From NCBI GenBank assembly GCA_004295085.1, contig SHNF01000006.1:93818-157817 (forward strand): 64,000 nt of DNA, read 5' to 3'. Source of the stretch: Planctomycetota bacterium. Its GTDB lineage: Bacteria > Planctomycetota > UBA1135. Positions 24,883-35,312 of this stretch are shown here, piece after piece. The translations under genes and the position numbers were made by a program. The notes beneath the pieces were generated by a model, which was not told where the DNA came from, did no database searches, and was given only the letters and a program-made list of their open reading frames with translations. Each line of letters starts with the position of its first letter. Within the stretch, counting starts at the first letter, position 1.

Positions 24883-26961
24883 ATGCTGCAGCCGGCCGTC
24901 GCCGACCTGAAGGACCCCGGCTTGTACGGCAACCGCGAGCTGAGCCTGCTCGAGTTCAACCGGCGCGTGCTGGAGCAGGCCAAGGATCCCGCGACGCCGC
25001 TGCTGGAGCGCCTGCGCTTCCTGACCATCTGCAGCGCCAATCTGGACGAGTTCTTCGAGATCCGCGCCGCCGGCGTGCGCCAGCAGGCGGCGTATCACGT
25101 GGTGCCCAAGGGCGCGGACGGCCTGGCCCCCGAGCAGGTGCTGCGCGCGATCAGCGAGCTGGCGCACAAGCTGGTCGAGGAGCAGTACCGCACCCTGAAC
25201 GAGGTGCTGCTGCCCAGCATGGAGAAGGAGGGCATCCGGCTGCTCAAGCGGCGCCACTGGTCCACCCGGCAGCAGCGCTGGGTGCGCCGCTACTTCGACG
25301 AGCAGGTGCTGCCGGTGCTGACGCCGGTGGGGCTGGACCCGGCGCACCCGTTTCCACGCGTGCTGAACAAGAGCCTGAACTTCATCGTGTCGGTGGAGGG
25401 CACGGACGCCTTCGGCCGCGGCAGCGGCATCGCCGTGGTGCAGGTGCCGCGCTCGCTGCCGCGCGTGATCGCCCTGCCGCGCGAAGCCGCCGAGGCGCCG
25501 TACGACTTCGTGCTGCTCAGCTCGATCGTGCACGCCCACGTGGAGGAGCTGTTCCCGGGGATGGCGGCCACCGGCTGCTACCAGTTCCGCGTCACCCGCA
25601 ACAGCGACCTGTGGGTGGACGAGGAGGAAGTGGACGACCTGCTGCGCGCGCTCAAAGGCGAGCTGCCCAGCCGCCTGTACGGCGACGCCGTGCGCCTGGA
25701 GGTCGCGGACGACTGCCCGGAGGAGATGAACCAGTATCTCCTGGACAATTTCCAGCTGCAGCCCCAGGACCTGTACCAGGTGAACGGCCCGGTGAACGTC
25801 AACCGGCTGGCCGCGCTGTACGAGCTCACCGAGCGGCCGGACCTGAAGTATCCGCGCTTCGTCCAGGGCCTGCCCCGGCGCCTGGAGAAAAGCGCCGACC
25901 TGTTCGCGACGCTGCGCCGCGGCGACGTGCTGCTGCACCATCCGTTCCAGTCGTTCACGCCGGTGCTGGACCTGGTGCGCCAGGCGGCGGCAGATCCCGA
26001 CGTGCTGGCCATCAAGCAGACCCTGTACCGCACCGGCGTGGACTCGCCGGTGGTGGACGCCCTGCTGGAGGCGGCGCGCAACGGCAAGGAGGTGACGGCC
26101 GTGGTCGAGCTGCGCGCGCGCTTCGACGAGGCGGCCAACATCGACCTGGCGACGCGCCTGCAGGAGGCCGGCGCCAAGGTGGTGTACGGCATCGTCGGCT
26201 ACAAGGCCCACGCCAAGGCCCTCATGGTGGTGCGGCGCGAGGGCCGGCGCATGCGCCGTTACGTGCACCTGGGCACCGGCAACTACCACACCCGGACCAC
26301 ACGCGCCTACACCGACTTCAGCCTGCTCACCTGTGACCGCGACATCGGCGAGGACGTGCACAAGCTGTTCCAGCAGCTCACCGGCCTGGGCCGGATCGCG
26401 CGCATGAAGAAACTCCTGTACGCGCCGTTCACCCTGCGCAAGGCGCTGATCGCCAGCATCGACCGCGAGGCCGAGGCGGCCCGCTCCGGCAAGCCGGCGC
26501 GCATCCTGGCCAGGATGAACGCCCTGACCGAGCCCGGCATCATCCAGGCGCTGTACCGCGCTTCGCAGGCCGGGGTGCCGGTGGACCTGCTGGTGCGCGG
26601 CGTGTGCTGCCTGCGCCCCGGCATCCCCGGCGTGTCCGACAACATCCGCGTGCGCTCGATCGTGGGCCGCTTCCTGGAGCACAGCCGCGTGTTCTGCTTC
26701 CACAACGGCGGGCAGGACCTGGTGCTGTGCTCCTCGGCCGACTGGATGGAGCGTAACTTCTTCCGGCGCGTGGAGGTGTGCTTCCCGATCGAGGACGAGC
26801 GCCTGCGCGCGCGCGTCCTCAACGAGGGCTTGCACTTCTACCTGTCCGACAACGCCCAGACCTGGGTCATGCAGCCCGACGGCAGCTACAAGCGCCTGAA
26901 GCCGGGCGCGCAGAAGCGGCGCTGCACCCAGGAGCTGCTGCTCGAGAGCCTGGCCGGCTAG
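24883..26961 (+). CDS. ppk: Polyphosphate kinase 1
   Basis: YGNRELSLLEFNRRVLEQA...RLRFLTICSANLDEFFEIR, ...LLHHPFQSF..., ...GTGNYH..., and the C-terminal SSADWMERNFFRRVEV. Full-length PPK1 architecture. Confidence 0.92.
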   Translation: MLQPAVADLKDPGLYGNRELSLLEFNRRVLEQAKDPATPLLERLRFLTICSANLDEFFEIRAAGVRQQAAYHVVPKGADGLAPEQVLRAISELAHKLVEEQYRTLNEVLLPSMEKEGIRLLKRRHWSTRQQRWVRRYFDEQVLPVLTPVGLDPAHPFPRVLNKSLNFIVSVEGTDAFGRGSGIAVVQVPRSLPRVIALPREAAEAPYDFVLLSSIVHAHVEELFPGMAATGCYQFRVTRNSDLWVDEEEVDDLLRALKGELPSRLYGDAVRLEVADDCPEEMNQYLLDNFQLQPQDLYQVNGPVNVNRLAALYELTERPDLKYPRFVQGLPRRLEKSADLFATLRRGDVLLHHPFQSFTPVLDLVRQAAADPDVLAIKQTLYRTGVDSPVVDALLEAARNGKEVTAVVELRARFDEAANIDLATRLQEAGAKVVYGIVGYKAHAKALMVVRREGRRMRRYVHLGTGNYHTRTTRAYTDFSLLTCDRDIGEDVHKLFQQLTGLGRIARMKKLLYAPFTLRKALIASIDREAEAARSGKPARILARMNALTEPGIIQALYRASQAGVPVDLLVRGVCCLRPGIPGVSDNIRVRSIVGRFLEHSRVFCFHNGGQDLVLCSSADWMERNFFRRVEVCFPIEDERLRARVLNEGLHFYLSDNAQTWVMQPDGSYKRLKPGAQKRRCTQELLLESLAG

Positions 26962-26962
26962 C

Positions 26963-29002
26963 CTACAGCAGCTCGGCTTCCATCCGGCCGAAGGCCATGC
27001 GGATCGCGACGCGCAATACCACGCCGTCCTGGCCGGTCCAGATGTCCAGCTCGGCCGGCCCGTCCGGATTGGTGACCGTGGCGCGATAGCGCCGCGCCGC
27101 CACCGGGACGCCGGCGCGCTCCAGCTCGGCGTCCGGCTCGCGCCGCAGTTCCAGGCTGGCCGGCCGCGGCTTCCAGCCGCCCGATCCGAGCTCGATGCTG
27201 GCCAGGCTGCGGCTCTCGCCGGGCTGCAGGCCGGCACCCTGCAGGGTCAGGAAATCGGCGCTGAAGACCGCCGCCGTCACCACCGCGTCCGCCGGCAGCG
27301 GCAGGCGGACGGTCTCGGTTTCTCCGCCCTCACGTTGCATGCGGGCCACCACTGCGCCGTCCTCCAGCGCGTAGCGCGCCGCCGGCGCGTGTCCCTGGAG
27401 GCGGCGCCATGCGCCGCTGCGGAAGCGGAAATCGGGCCCGCCGTGCATCACCACCTGGTACGGCTGGTCCCAGCCGCCGCTGGGGTGCATGCGCGCCTGC
27501 GGGTGCCAGCCGCTCTCCGAGCGCGTGATCGCGAACTTCTCCACGCCGGCGTCGGCGCCGCCGAAGCGCAGCGCGTAGCGGCCGCTGTGCACCAGCTCGC
27601 CGGGGATCTCCAGCGCCATGTCCGCGACGTCCGCCGCGGCGCCCTGCACGCGCTGCTCGGCCTCCGCCCGCAGAGCCTCCAGGGCCGCGGCATCGAGCCA
27701 GCGGCCGCGCAGGAACACGCCGGCGATGTCGTGCGCGCGGCGCACGTCCGCCAGCGGGTCGCCGCGCACCAGCACCAGGTTGGCGGCCTTGCCGGGCGCC
27801 ACGCTGCCCAGCCGTTCGGCCACCCCGCACAGGCGCGCCGCGTGGATGGTGGCGGCACGCAGCGCGTCGGCTGGCGGAACGCCGGCCTGCTGCAACAGCT
27901 CCATCTCGCGGTGCAGGCTGAAGCCGGCGATCACGTTGGGGTTGGCGAGGTCGCTGCCGCACACCAGGGTCACGCCGGCCGCGTGCAGGTCGGCCGCCAG
28001 CGCCTGCATGTGCGGGAGCGCCGCGCGCACCACCGGGGCGAAGGCGCGGTAGCCGCCCTGCTCCCAGAAGGCGCGCAGGAACGGTGGCGCGTACTTCAGC
28101 AAGGGGTCCGGCTCCGCCGCGTCCAGCGCGGCGATGCCCTCCATGACCACCAGCGTGGGGCAGTGCACCATGCCGGCGGCGGCGATCTTGCGCAGCTCCG
28201 CCAGAAGCGTCGCGCGTGGCACGGCGGCGCGCTGCGCGAACAAGGAAAGGTCCTCCCACGGCCGGTCCGGGCTGTAGTGCACCTCCGCGCCGGCCAGCCG
28301 CCCCAGGAGCTTCTCCAGGCCCATGAGGTGCTCCGCGCCGTCCATGCGGGCCTCCAGCGCCTCATCCAGGGTCACCGTCTCCGGGATGTGGCCCACGGCC
28401 TTCAAGCCGAGAGCGTGCGCTTCCGCCACCACCGCGCGCCAGGTGTCGCGCTCCAGCTTGCTGTACACCTTGATGAAGTCCACGCCGGCGTGCGCGAGGC
28501 GGCGCACGGCCGCGCGACCTTCCTCGGGCGTGGCGCAGGCTTCCGAGAACGGCCACACCGGAGGCTTGCCGTCCACGATCGCGCCCGCGGCCACCATCTC
28601 CGGGCCCAGCCGCTCGCCGCGGTTCAGGGCGTCGCGCAGCGCCAGCGTCTGCTCGGTCGCGCCGCCCATCTCGCGCACACACAGCACGCCGTTGGCGAGC
28701 AGCAGGCGGCCGAAGACCTCCGCGTCGAGGTAGTGCACGTGGCAGTCGAACAGGCCCGGCATCAGGTACAGGCCCGTTCCGTCCACCTGCGCCATGCCCG
28801 GCGCCAGCTGCACCTCCGCGGCAGGGGCGATGCGCGCGATGCGCCCCTGCTCCAGCAGCACCGTGCGCTCCGGGAGCAGGGTCCCGGCTTCCACGTCCAC
28901 CACCGTCACGCCGACGACGGCGTGCGGCGCGGGCGCTTGCGGGTCTTGCGCCGGCGCCGTGGCGCAAAGCGCGAGGATGACCGAGGGGAGGTTCGGAGCC
29001 AT
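26963..29002 (-). CDS. Secreted amidohydrolase with extra C-terminal domain
   Basis: LYLMPGLFDCHVHY (HxH metal site), ...VGHIP..., ...LVCGSDL... and GSVAPGKAANLVLVRGDPL, followed by a roughly 230-aa C-terminal extension. Confidence 0.75.
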   Translation of the reverse strand: MAPNLPSVILALCATAPAQDPQAPAPHAVVGVTVVDVEAGTLLPERTVLLEQGRIARIAPAAEVQLAPGMAQVDGTGLYLMPGLFDCHVHYLDAEVFGRLLLANGVLCVREMGGATEQTLALRDALNRGERLGPEMVAAGAIVDGKPPVWPFSEACATPEEGRAAVRRLAHAGVDFIKVYSKLERDTWRAVVAEAHALGLKAVGHIPETVTLDEALEARMDGAEHLMGLEKLLGRLAGAEVHYSPDRPWEDLSLFAQRAAVPRATLLAELRKIAAAGMVHCPTLVVMEGIAALDAAEPDPLLKYAPPFLRAFWEQGGYRAFAPVVRAALPHMQALAADLHAAGVTLVCGSDLANPNVIAGFSLHREMELLQQAGVPPADALRAATIHAARLCGVAERLGSVAPGKAANLVLVRGDPLADVRRAHDIAGVFLRGRWLDAAALEALRAEAEQRVQGAAADVADMALEIPGELVHSGRYALRFGGADAGVEKFAITRSESGWHPQARMHPSGGWDQPYQVVMHGGPDFRFRSGAWRRLQGHAPAARYALEDGAVVARMQREGGETETVRLPLPADAVVTAAVFSADFLTLQGAGLQPGESRSLASIELGSGGWKPRPASLELRREPDAELERAGVPVAARRYRATVTNPDGPAELDIWTGQDGVVLRVAIRMAFGRMEAELL

Positions 29003-29053
29003 GGGAGGCTTCTTATCTATACTTCACCGCTCCTGCCGCTCCCACGGCAAACC

Positions 29054-30454
29054 ATGCTGCAAACCATGCTGCACCTGTTCCTGTGCCTCCCGGGCCTCAC
29101 GCTCGCGGCCGCGCAGGGTCCTGACGTGACCCTGACCGCCTTCCCCAAGGACCTGCAGCTCTACCCGCGTGATGCGGCTGGTCACGGCACGGCGCAGGTG
29201 GCGGGCAGCGTGGACACCCCCGGCTACTCCAGCGTGGAGCTGCGCGTGTACCGCGAAGGCGTCCGGTGGGATCTCCAGAGCCAGCCCTTGAGCTACGCCG
29301 GCGGCTCGGCGCCGTTCGCGTTCTCGGTCCCGGTTCCGGCCGAGCTCGCGGAATACGACTTCGAGCTGCACGCGGTCGCCGCCACCGCCTCTGCGCTGCT
29401 GGCCGCGGCGCAGGACGTGGTGGCCGGCGACGTGTTCCTGATCCAGGGCCAGAGCAACGCCGTGGCCGGTGACGGCTACGGCGAGAACCTGGCCAACGCC
29501 GCGCAGCGCCCGTGGATCCGCAGCTACGGCACGGCCAGCATCTGGGACTTCAAGGTGGTCAACGACGACGCCTGGGGCCGCGCCGACGGGGAGGACGGCA
29601 ATGTCCACTGCACCATCGGCCAGTGGGGCCTGCGCATGGCGCAGTTGCTGGTGGACCAGACCCAGGTGCCGGTCTGCGTGCTGAACGGCGCGGTCGGCGC
29701 CACCCCGATCAAGTACCACCTGCGCAACGACGCCGACCCGATGAACCCGGCCAGCAACTACGGGCGCCTCCTGTTCCGGGCCACGCGCTGCGGCGTGGCC
29801 GCCGCCGTGAAGGCCATCTTCTGGTACCAGGGCGAGTCCAACGGTGATGACTACCTGCCCTACGCCGCGAACTTCGCCGAGCTCTACGCCGACTGGCTCT
29901 CGGACTATCCCGCGGCGGAGAAGATCTACGTGTTCCAGGTCCACAACGGCTGCGGCGCGCCCAACCAGCGCCTGCGCGAGCTGCAGCGCCGCTTCGAGGA
30001 CCTGTACCCGCTCGTGGACGTGCTGAGCACCACCGCCGCGCCCGACCACGACGGCTGCCATTACCGCTACTCCGGCTACCGCGAGCTCGGCAACCGCGCG
30101 GCGCGGCTGGTGGCGCGCGATTTCTACGCCTCGCCGCTCACGCAGGACATCGACGCGCCCGACCTCGAGCGCGCCTACTACAGCAACACCCAGCGCGACG
30201 AGATCACGCTCGTGTTCCGCGATCCGGATGACACGCTCCGCTTCGAAGCGGGCGCGCAGGCGCGCTTCACGGTCGAGCCCGCGGGCGACGTCCGCAGCGG
30301 CACGGTGACCGGCCCGAACACGATCCGGCTGCGCCTCGACGGCCCCGCCACTGCCACCTCGATCTCCTACGACTACCCGGCGGGCAGCGCGGCCGGCATC
30401 GTCAACGCGCGCGGCGTGGGCGCGCTCACCTTCTTCCGCGCGCGCATTCAGTAG
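29054..30454 (+). CDS. SASA/SGNH-type carbohydrate esterase (sialate O-acetylesterase-like), paralog 1
   Basis: Signal peptide, then DVFLIQGQSNAVAG (GQSN nucleophile block), FWYQGESNGD, and ...DHDGCHYRYSGY.... Confidence 0.65.
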   Translation: MLQTMLHLFLCLPGLTLAAAQGPDVTLTAFPKDLQLYPRDAAGHGTAQVAGSVDTPGYSSVELRVYREGVRWDLQSQPLSYAGGSAPFAFSVPVPAELAEYDFELHAVAATASALLAAAQDVVAGDVFLIQGQSNAVAGDGYGENLANAAQRPWIRSYGTASIWDFKVVNDDAWGRADGEDGNVHCTIGQWGLRMAQLLVDQTQVPVCVLNGAVGATPIKYHLRNDADPMNPASNYGRLLFRATRCGVAAAVKAIFWYQGESNGDDYLPYAANFAELYADWLSDYPAAEKIYVFQVHNGCGAPNQRLRELQRRFEDLYPLVDVLSTTAAPDHDGCHYRYSGYRELGNRAARLVARDFYASPLTQDIDAPDLERAYYSNTQRDEITLVFRDPDDTLRFEAGAQARFTVEPAGDVRSGTVTGPNTIRLRLDGPATATSISYDYPAGSAAGIVNARGVGALTFFRARIQ

Positions 30455-30492
30455 GGTCGCAGTCGATGGGTCAGATGTAACCTGGGGAACGA

Positions 30493-31848
30493 ATGCTCAC
30501 CCTCCTCCTGCTGGCCCAGTCCGCGTCCCTGACTTCCTTTCCCAAGGACCTGCAGCTCTACCCGCGCGACGCCGCCGGCTTCGGCGCCGTCGAGGTCGCG
30601 GGCAGCGTGGACAGCCCCGGCTACCTCAGCGCCGACCTCTACGTCTACCGCGACGATGTCCTGTGGCACTCCGAGAGCCAGCCGCTGACCTACAGCGGCG
30701 GCTCGGCGCCCTTCGCGATGACGGTCAGCATCCCGGCCGAGCTGGCCGAGTACGACTTCGCGCTCTATGCCTTCGACGGCGCTTCCTCCGACCCCCTGGA
30801 CGCCGCGCAGGACGTCGTTGCCGGCGACGTCTACCTGGTCCAGGGCCAGAGCAACGCGGTGGCCGCCGACTGGGCGGCCGAGGATCTCGGCAACTCCTCG
30901 CAGCGGGAATGGATCCGCAGCTACGGCACCGCCAGCACCACGGGCTCCAGCGTGATCAACGACACCGACTGGGGGCTTGCGGAAGGCGAGCGCAGCAACC
31001 AGCACTGCACGATCGGGCAGTGGGGCCTGCGCATGGCACAACTGCTGGTGGACAAGGGCCAGATCCCGGTCTGCGTGCTGAACGGCGCCGTGAGCGGGAC
31101 CCCGATCACCTACCACTTGCGCAACGACGCCGACCCCATGAACGTGAACACCAACTACGGACGGCTGCTCTACCGCGCCGCCCAGGCCGGCGTTCAAGGC
31201 GCTGCGAAGGCGATCCTCTGGTACCAGGGCGAATCGGACGGAGACCGTTACGAGGCGTATTCGATCAACTTCGCCGATCTGTACGCGGACTGGCTCTCCG
31301 ACTATTCCGCCGTCGAGAAGGTCTACGTGTTCCAGATCCACAACGGCTGTGGCGCCCCCAGCCAGCGCCTGCGCGAGCTGCAGCGCCGGTTCGATGACCT
31401 CTACCCGCGGGTGGACGTGCTCAGCACCACCGAGGCGCCCGAGCACGACGGCTGCCATTACCGCTACAGCGGCTACCGGGAGCTCGGAGACCGCGCGGCG
31501 CTCGTCCTGGGGCGCGACTTCTACGCCTCTCCCGTCACGAAGAACATCGACGCACCGAACATCGACTACGCCTACTACAGCACCCCGCAGCAAGATGAGA
31601 TCACGCTGGTCTTCCGCGATCCGGACGACACCCTGATCTGGGAGCCGGGGGCGGAGGCGCGCTTTACCCTGAGACCGGTCGGCAGTGTCCTCGGCGGGGT
31701 AGTCTCCGGCAACAGCATTGTGCTCGATCTGGGCGGTCCTGCTACGGCCACCTCCATCTCCTACGACTACCCGGCGGGTGAGGCGGCCGGGATCGTCAAC
31801 GGCCGCGGCATCGGCGCGCTGACGTTCTACCGCGCGCGGATTCAGTAA
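30493..31848 (+). CDS. SASA/SGNH-type carbohydrate esterase, paralog 2 (tandem duplicate)
   Basis: Collinear with paralog 1 along its whole length, with the same GQSN and QGES blocks and an identical C-terminal RARIQ*. By eye roughly two-thirds or more of residues are identical. Confidence 0.65.
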   Translation: MLTLLLLAQSASLTSFPKDLQLYPRDAAGFGAVEVAGSVDSPGYLSADLYVYRDDVLWHSESQPLTYSGGSAPFAMTVSIPAELAEYDFALYAFDGASSDPLDAAQDVVAGDVYLVQGQSNAVAADWAAEDLGNSSQREWIRSYGTASTTGSSVINDTDWGLAEGERSNQHCTIGQWGLRMAQLLVDKGQIPVCVLNGAVSGTPITYHLRNDADPMNVNTNYGRLLYRAAQAGVQGAAKAILWYQGESDGDRYEAYSINFADLYADWLSDYSAVEKVYVFQIHNGCGAPSQRLRELQRRFDDLYPRVDVLSTTEAPEHDGCHYRYSGYRELGDRAALVLGRDFYASPVTKNIDAPNIDYAYYSTPQQDEITLVFRDPDDTLIWEPGAEARFTLRPVGSVLGGVVSGNSIVLDLGGPATATSISYDYPAGEAAGIVNGRGIGALTFYRARIQ

Positions 31849-31893
31849 GGGTCGGACTTGGCCAGGCGGTCGCCGCCTGGCCAAGTCCGACCC
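31849..31893. terminator. Bidirectional hairpin terminator between convergent genes
   Basis: A perfect 21-bp stem, GGGTCGGACTTGGCCAGGCGG / CCGCCTGGCCAAGTCCGACCC, around a 3-nt centre, followed by TATT. It begins 1 nt after the esterase stop and abuts the GH13 stop. Confidence 0.7.
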
Positions 31894-33737
31894 TATTCCT
31901 GCGACAGGATCAACGCCGTCCAGGGAGCGACGTCCAGTGCACCGCTTTGCGCCATGCCGTCCGCGGGCGCCAAGCCGGCATCCACCACGCTGCTACCGAA
32001 GCCGACGAAGTCCGGTGCATAGACCCTGGCATCGCCGTTGAAGCGCACCTGCCAATGCCCCGGTCGGGGCAGGCCGATCCGGTAGGCCACCAGCGGCTGG
32101 TCCGAAAAATTTGCCAGCACCACCACATCGTCGCGGGGACCTCCGGCGGTCCAGCGGTGGTAGGCGATGACGTCGTCCACTTCGTTGCGATGGTGCACCT
32201 CGATGGCGCCACCGCGCAGCCCAGCCGTGAATCCGGAAACATTCCGGCGCAGCGCCACCAGGTCGCAATAGAGCTGGAAGATCCCCGGATGCGCCGCAAG
32301 CTGGCTCCACTGGATCGGCCGCCGCTCGTCGAAGGGCTCCTGATCCAGGAACTCCTGCCCCTGGTAGATCATCGGGATCCCGGGCGCGGTGAACAGGAGA
32401 GCGGCGCCCAGGGTCGAGCGCTTGCGCGCCTCCCAGCCGTTTGGATCGGCAGGATCGATCTGCACCGTGAGCCGGTGCGCGCCGCAGCAGATCTCGTTGT
32501 GCGACTCGGTGTAGATCACGCGCTGCCGGGCGTCGCCGTTGTAAAGAGAAGCCAGTGCGTCAGACACGGCGGCCATGCTGGGCGTGTCGTGCGTCAGCGC
32601 GGTGCGCAACGGGCCCGCGAAATAGTGCCACTGGCTGTCGAAGCCGGCGCCACCGCTCTGGACGTCCAGAGTGAGGTCCGGATCGTTGCGCAGGTCCTCG
32701 GCGATGCTGAGCTTGCCCGGATAGAGGCGATGGAGCCCGGCGTTGGCCTGGCGCATGAGGCTCCATCCCTCCGGCAGATGGAGGCCATGGCCGTTGCTGG
32801 TGTACTCGATGTTGGAGGTCGAGTCCCAGCGGAAACCGTCCACGTGGTACTCGTCCAGCCACATCCGCAGGTTCTCGAAGATGAAGCGGCGGACCTGCGG
32901 CTCGCGGAAGTCGGGGCGCGGGCCGAAGGGTGAATCGATGCGCGCCGCGTCGTAGAAGAAGATGCCGCCGGGGTAGTCGCTGGTCCACCAGCCGTCGAAC
33001 TGGCTCAGGTGCAGGTCCCAGGGCCCCCAGTGGTTGTAGACGACGTCCAGCAGCACGCCCAGCCCGCGCGCATGGCATTCGCGCACGAACGCCTTGAATG
33101 CGTCGGGTCCGCCATAAGCCGCGTCTTCCACCGCGAACAGGTCGGCCGGCCCGTAGCCGCTGAAGTAGCGGCCGGGCGATTCGTTCACCGGCAGCACCTC
33201 GATCACGTTGGCGCCCAGCGCGGCGACGTGATCCAGCCTCTGGATCGCGTCCGCGAACGTCCCCGGCCCCGCCGGATCGGTGTCATGGAACGTGCCGATG
33301 TGCATCTCATAGACGACCAGCTCGTCACGCGGCGGCAGCGCGAACGCATCTCCGTTCCACGCGAACGCGTCCGGGTCGTACACCACGGAGTTGCCGGTGG
33401 CGTAATCCGAGCGGGTCACCCGCCGCGCCCGCGGGTCGCGCCGGCTGTAATCCGCTCCCCGGTGGCGGATGAGGTAGCGGTACTCATCCCCGGCCGCAGC
33501 GCCGGGAACGTCGGCCGACCACAGGCCGCCGCTCTCGGGAGCCAGGGGCGTCGCCGTGGCCGACCAGCCGTTGAAGTCGCCGGACACGTGCACCTGCCCC
33601 GCGTGCGGCGCCCACACGCGGAAGGTCACGCCGCCCGGGTAAGGGATGGAGCCCATCCCCGGCCGCTGGGACTGGGCATCCAGCGCCGGGCCCAGGAATG
33701 CCAGGCTGCTCGAGACTGCGAGGAGAATGCTGCGCAT
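31893..33737 (-). CDS. Secreted GH13 alpha-amylase-family enzyme with N-terminal CBM48
   Basis: CBM48-like VTFRVWAPHAGQVHVSGDFNGW. GH13 conserved regions DVVYNHWG, GFRWDS, SIAEDL and YTESHNE. Confidence 0.8.
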   Translation of the reverse strand: MRSILLAVSSSLAFLGPALDAQSQRPGMGSIPYPGGVTFRVWAPHAGQVHVSGDFNGWSATATPLAPESGGLWSADVPGAAAGDEYRYLIRHRGADYSRRDPRARRVTRSDYATGNSVVYDPDAFAWNGDAFALPPRDELVVYEMHIGTFHDTDPAGPGTFADAIQRLDHVAALGANVIEVLPVNESPGRYFSGYGPADLFAVEDAAYGGPDAFKAFVRECHARGLGVLLDVVYNHWGPWDLHLSQFDGWWTSDYPGGIFFYDAARIDSPFGPRPDFREPQVRRFIFENLRMWLDEYHVDGFRWDSTSNIEYTSNGHGLHLPEGWSLMRQANAGLHRLYPGKLSIAEDLRNDPDLTLDVQSGGAGFDSQWHYFAGPLRTALTHDTPSMAAVSDALASLYNGDARQRVIYTESHNEICCGAHRLTVQIDPADPNGWEARKRSTLGAALLFTAPGIPMIYQGQEFLDQEPFDERRPIQWSQLAAHPGIFQLYCDLVALRRNVSGFTAGLRGGAIEVHHRNEVDDVIAYHRWTAGGPRDDVVVLANFSDQPLVAYRIGLPRPGHWQVRFNGDARVYAPDFVGFGSSVVDAGLAPADGMAQSGALDVAPWTALILSQE

Positions 33738-33793
33738 GCCATCCGGTAGACGGGGGAAAGGACGACCGCGGCCGCACAATTCCGCGCACGGCT

Positions 33794-35290
33794 TCAGCGG
33801 AAGGACAGCTTGAAGCCGGCGCCGCGCACGTAGGCGGCTTCCTCCTCCAGGTCCGCGCGCGTGAGCGGGTGGGAGTCCAGCCAGCCGTCGGGGAAGCTCA
33901 GGCGCACGTCCTCGTCCTCGACCTGCATCTTCACGCGCGGGGCCGCGTCCGGGCTGCGGCTGCGGTTGAGGCGCACGGCCAGGCGCAGCAGCAGCGACAG
34001 GCGCAAGGCTGCGGGCACGCGCGCCGGACCCAGGAAGGGCACGCGCTCGGCGCCCAGCTTGCGGCGCTGGCCGAGCACGAGTGCCGCCAGCATCTCCTTG
34101 TCCTCGCGCGAGAAGCCGGGCATGTCCGAGCTCAGGATCAGGTAGGAGCTGTGCTTGTGGTAGCCGCTGTAGGCGATGGACAAGCCGATCTCGTGCAGGC
34201 GCGCCGCCCAGGACAGGAGATGCAGCAGCTCGTGGCCCTCCAGGCCCCAGTCGCCCGCCACCTGGCGCAGCAGGCCCAGGGCGGTGCGCTCGACCCGCGC
34301 CGCCTGTTCCAGGTCCACCTGGTAGCGCTGGCTCATGCGGCGGATGGTCTGGTCGCGCGCGTCCTCGTGCTGGATGCGCCCCAGCAGGTCATACAGGAGG
34401 CCTTCGCGCATGGCGCCGCTCGCGGCGGTCATCTGCTCGATCCTGAGGCTCAGGAAGAACGCGCGCAGGATGGCGACGCCGCCCGCGAACACAGGTTTGC
34501 GGTCCTCCGCCAGGCCGGCCAGGTCGAGCCTGCCGACCTGTCCGGCATCGATCAGCGCGCGGCGCAGGCGGTCCAGCGCCTTGGGCGTGATGCCCTCGCT
34601 GCTCCAGCCGTTGGCGCGCAGCACCTCGTCCACCGCCAGGATGGTGCCGGAGGAGCCGACCGCGCGCTCCCAGCCGAGCGCCTGATAGCGGCGCTGGATC
34701 GGCTCCAGCTCCAGCGCCGCCGCGATCTCGGCCTTGTCCAGGCGCGCGGCGGAGATCTCGCCGCCGGAGAAGAAGCGCAGGCTGTAATTGACGCAACCCA
34801 TGTACAAGCTGTCGGTCAGGAGGGTTTCCAGGCCCTCGCCCAGGATGCATTCGGAGCTGCCGCCGCCGATATCCACGACCAGGCGGCGGCCGTTGCCGTT
34901 GCTGAGGCTGTGGATCACGCCCAGGTAGATGAGGCGCGCCTCCTCGGTGCCGGGCAGGATCTCGATCGGATGCCCCAGGGCGCGGCGGGCGCGCCCCAGG
35001 AACGCCTGGGCGTTGCGGGCCTGGCGCAGCGCGCTGGTGCCGGCGGCACGCACGCTCCCCCTGGGCATGTCGCGCAGGCGCTGTCCGAAGCGCTCCAGGC
35101 AGGCCAGCGCCCGGTTCTGGGCCTCCTCGGTGATCTCGCGCCGCTGGTCCAGGCCCTCCGCCAGGGCCACACGCTCGCGCAGCCGATCCACGATGTGGAC
35201 CTGTCCTTGCACCACCCGCGCCACGACCATGTGAAAGCTGTTGCTGCCAAGATCCACGGCGGCGACGGCGTCCGGCAGTGTTTCGGGCAT
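33794..35290 (-). CDS. ppx: Exopolyphosphatase / guanosine pentaphosphate phosphohydrolase (Ppx/GppA family)
   Basis: AAVDLGSNSFHMVVARV...VRAAGTSALRQARN...DIGGGSSE are the ASKHA phosphate motifs. A C-terminal HD-like helical domain follows. Confidence 0.88.
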   Translation of the reverse strand: MPETLPDAVAAVDLGSNSFHMVVARVVQGQVHIVDRLRERVALAEGLDQRREITEEAQNRALACLERFGQRLRDMPRGSVRAAGTSALRQARNAQAFLGRARRALGHPIEILPGTEEARLIYLGVIHSLSNGNGRRLVVDIGGGSSECILGEGLETLLTDSLYMGCVNYSLRFFSGGEISAARLDKAEIAAALELEPIQRRYQALGWERAVGSSGTILAVDEVLRANGWSSEGITPKALDRLRRALIDAGQVGRLDLAGLAEDRKPVFAGGVAILRAFFLSLRIEQMTAASGAMREGLLYDLLGRIQHEDARDQTIRRMSQRYQVDLEQAARVERTALGLLRQVAGDWGLEGHELLHLLSWAARLHEIGLSIAYSGYHKHSSYLILSSDMPGFSREDKEMLAALVLGQRRKLGAERVPFLGPARVPAALRLSLLLRLAVRLNRSRSPDAAPRVKMQVEDEDVRLSFPDGWLDSHPLTRADLEEEAAYVRGAGFKLSFR

Positions 35291-35312
35291 GCGCGTCCCT
35301 TCTACCCGCACG

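Noticed and set aside
24475-27237. 920-aa ORF antisense to ppk1, and similar long frames at 33698-36136, 53953-56472, 61245-63068 and 35648-37705
   Set aside because: All are Arg/Ala/Pro/Gly-rich off-frame translations overlapping genes with strong family signatures (ppk1, ppx/apaH, the hydrolase, top6B, the S8 protease).
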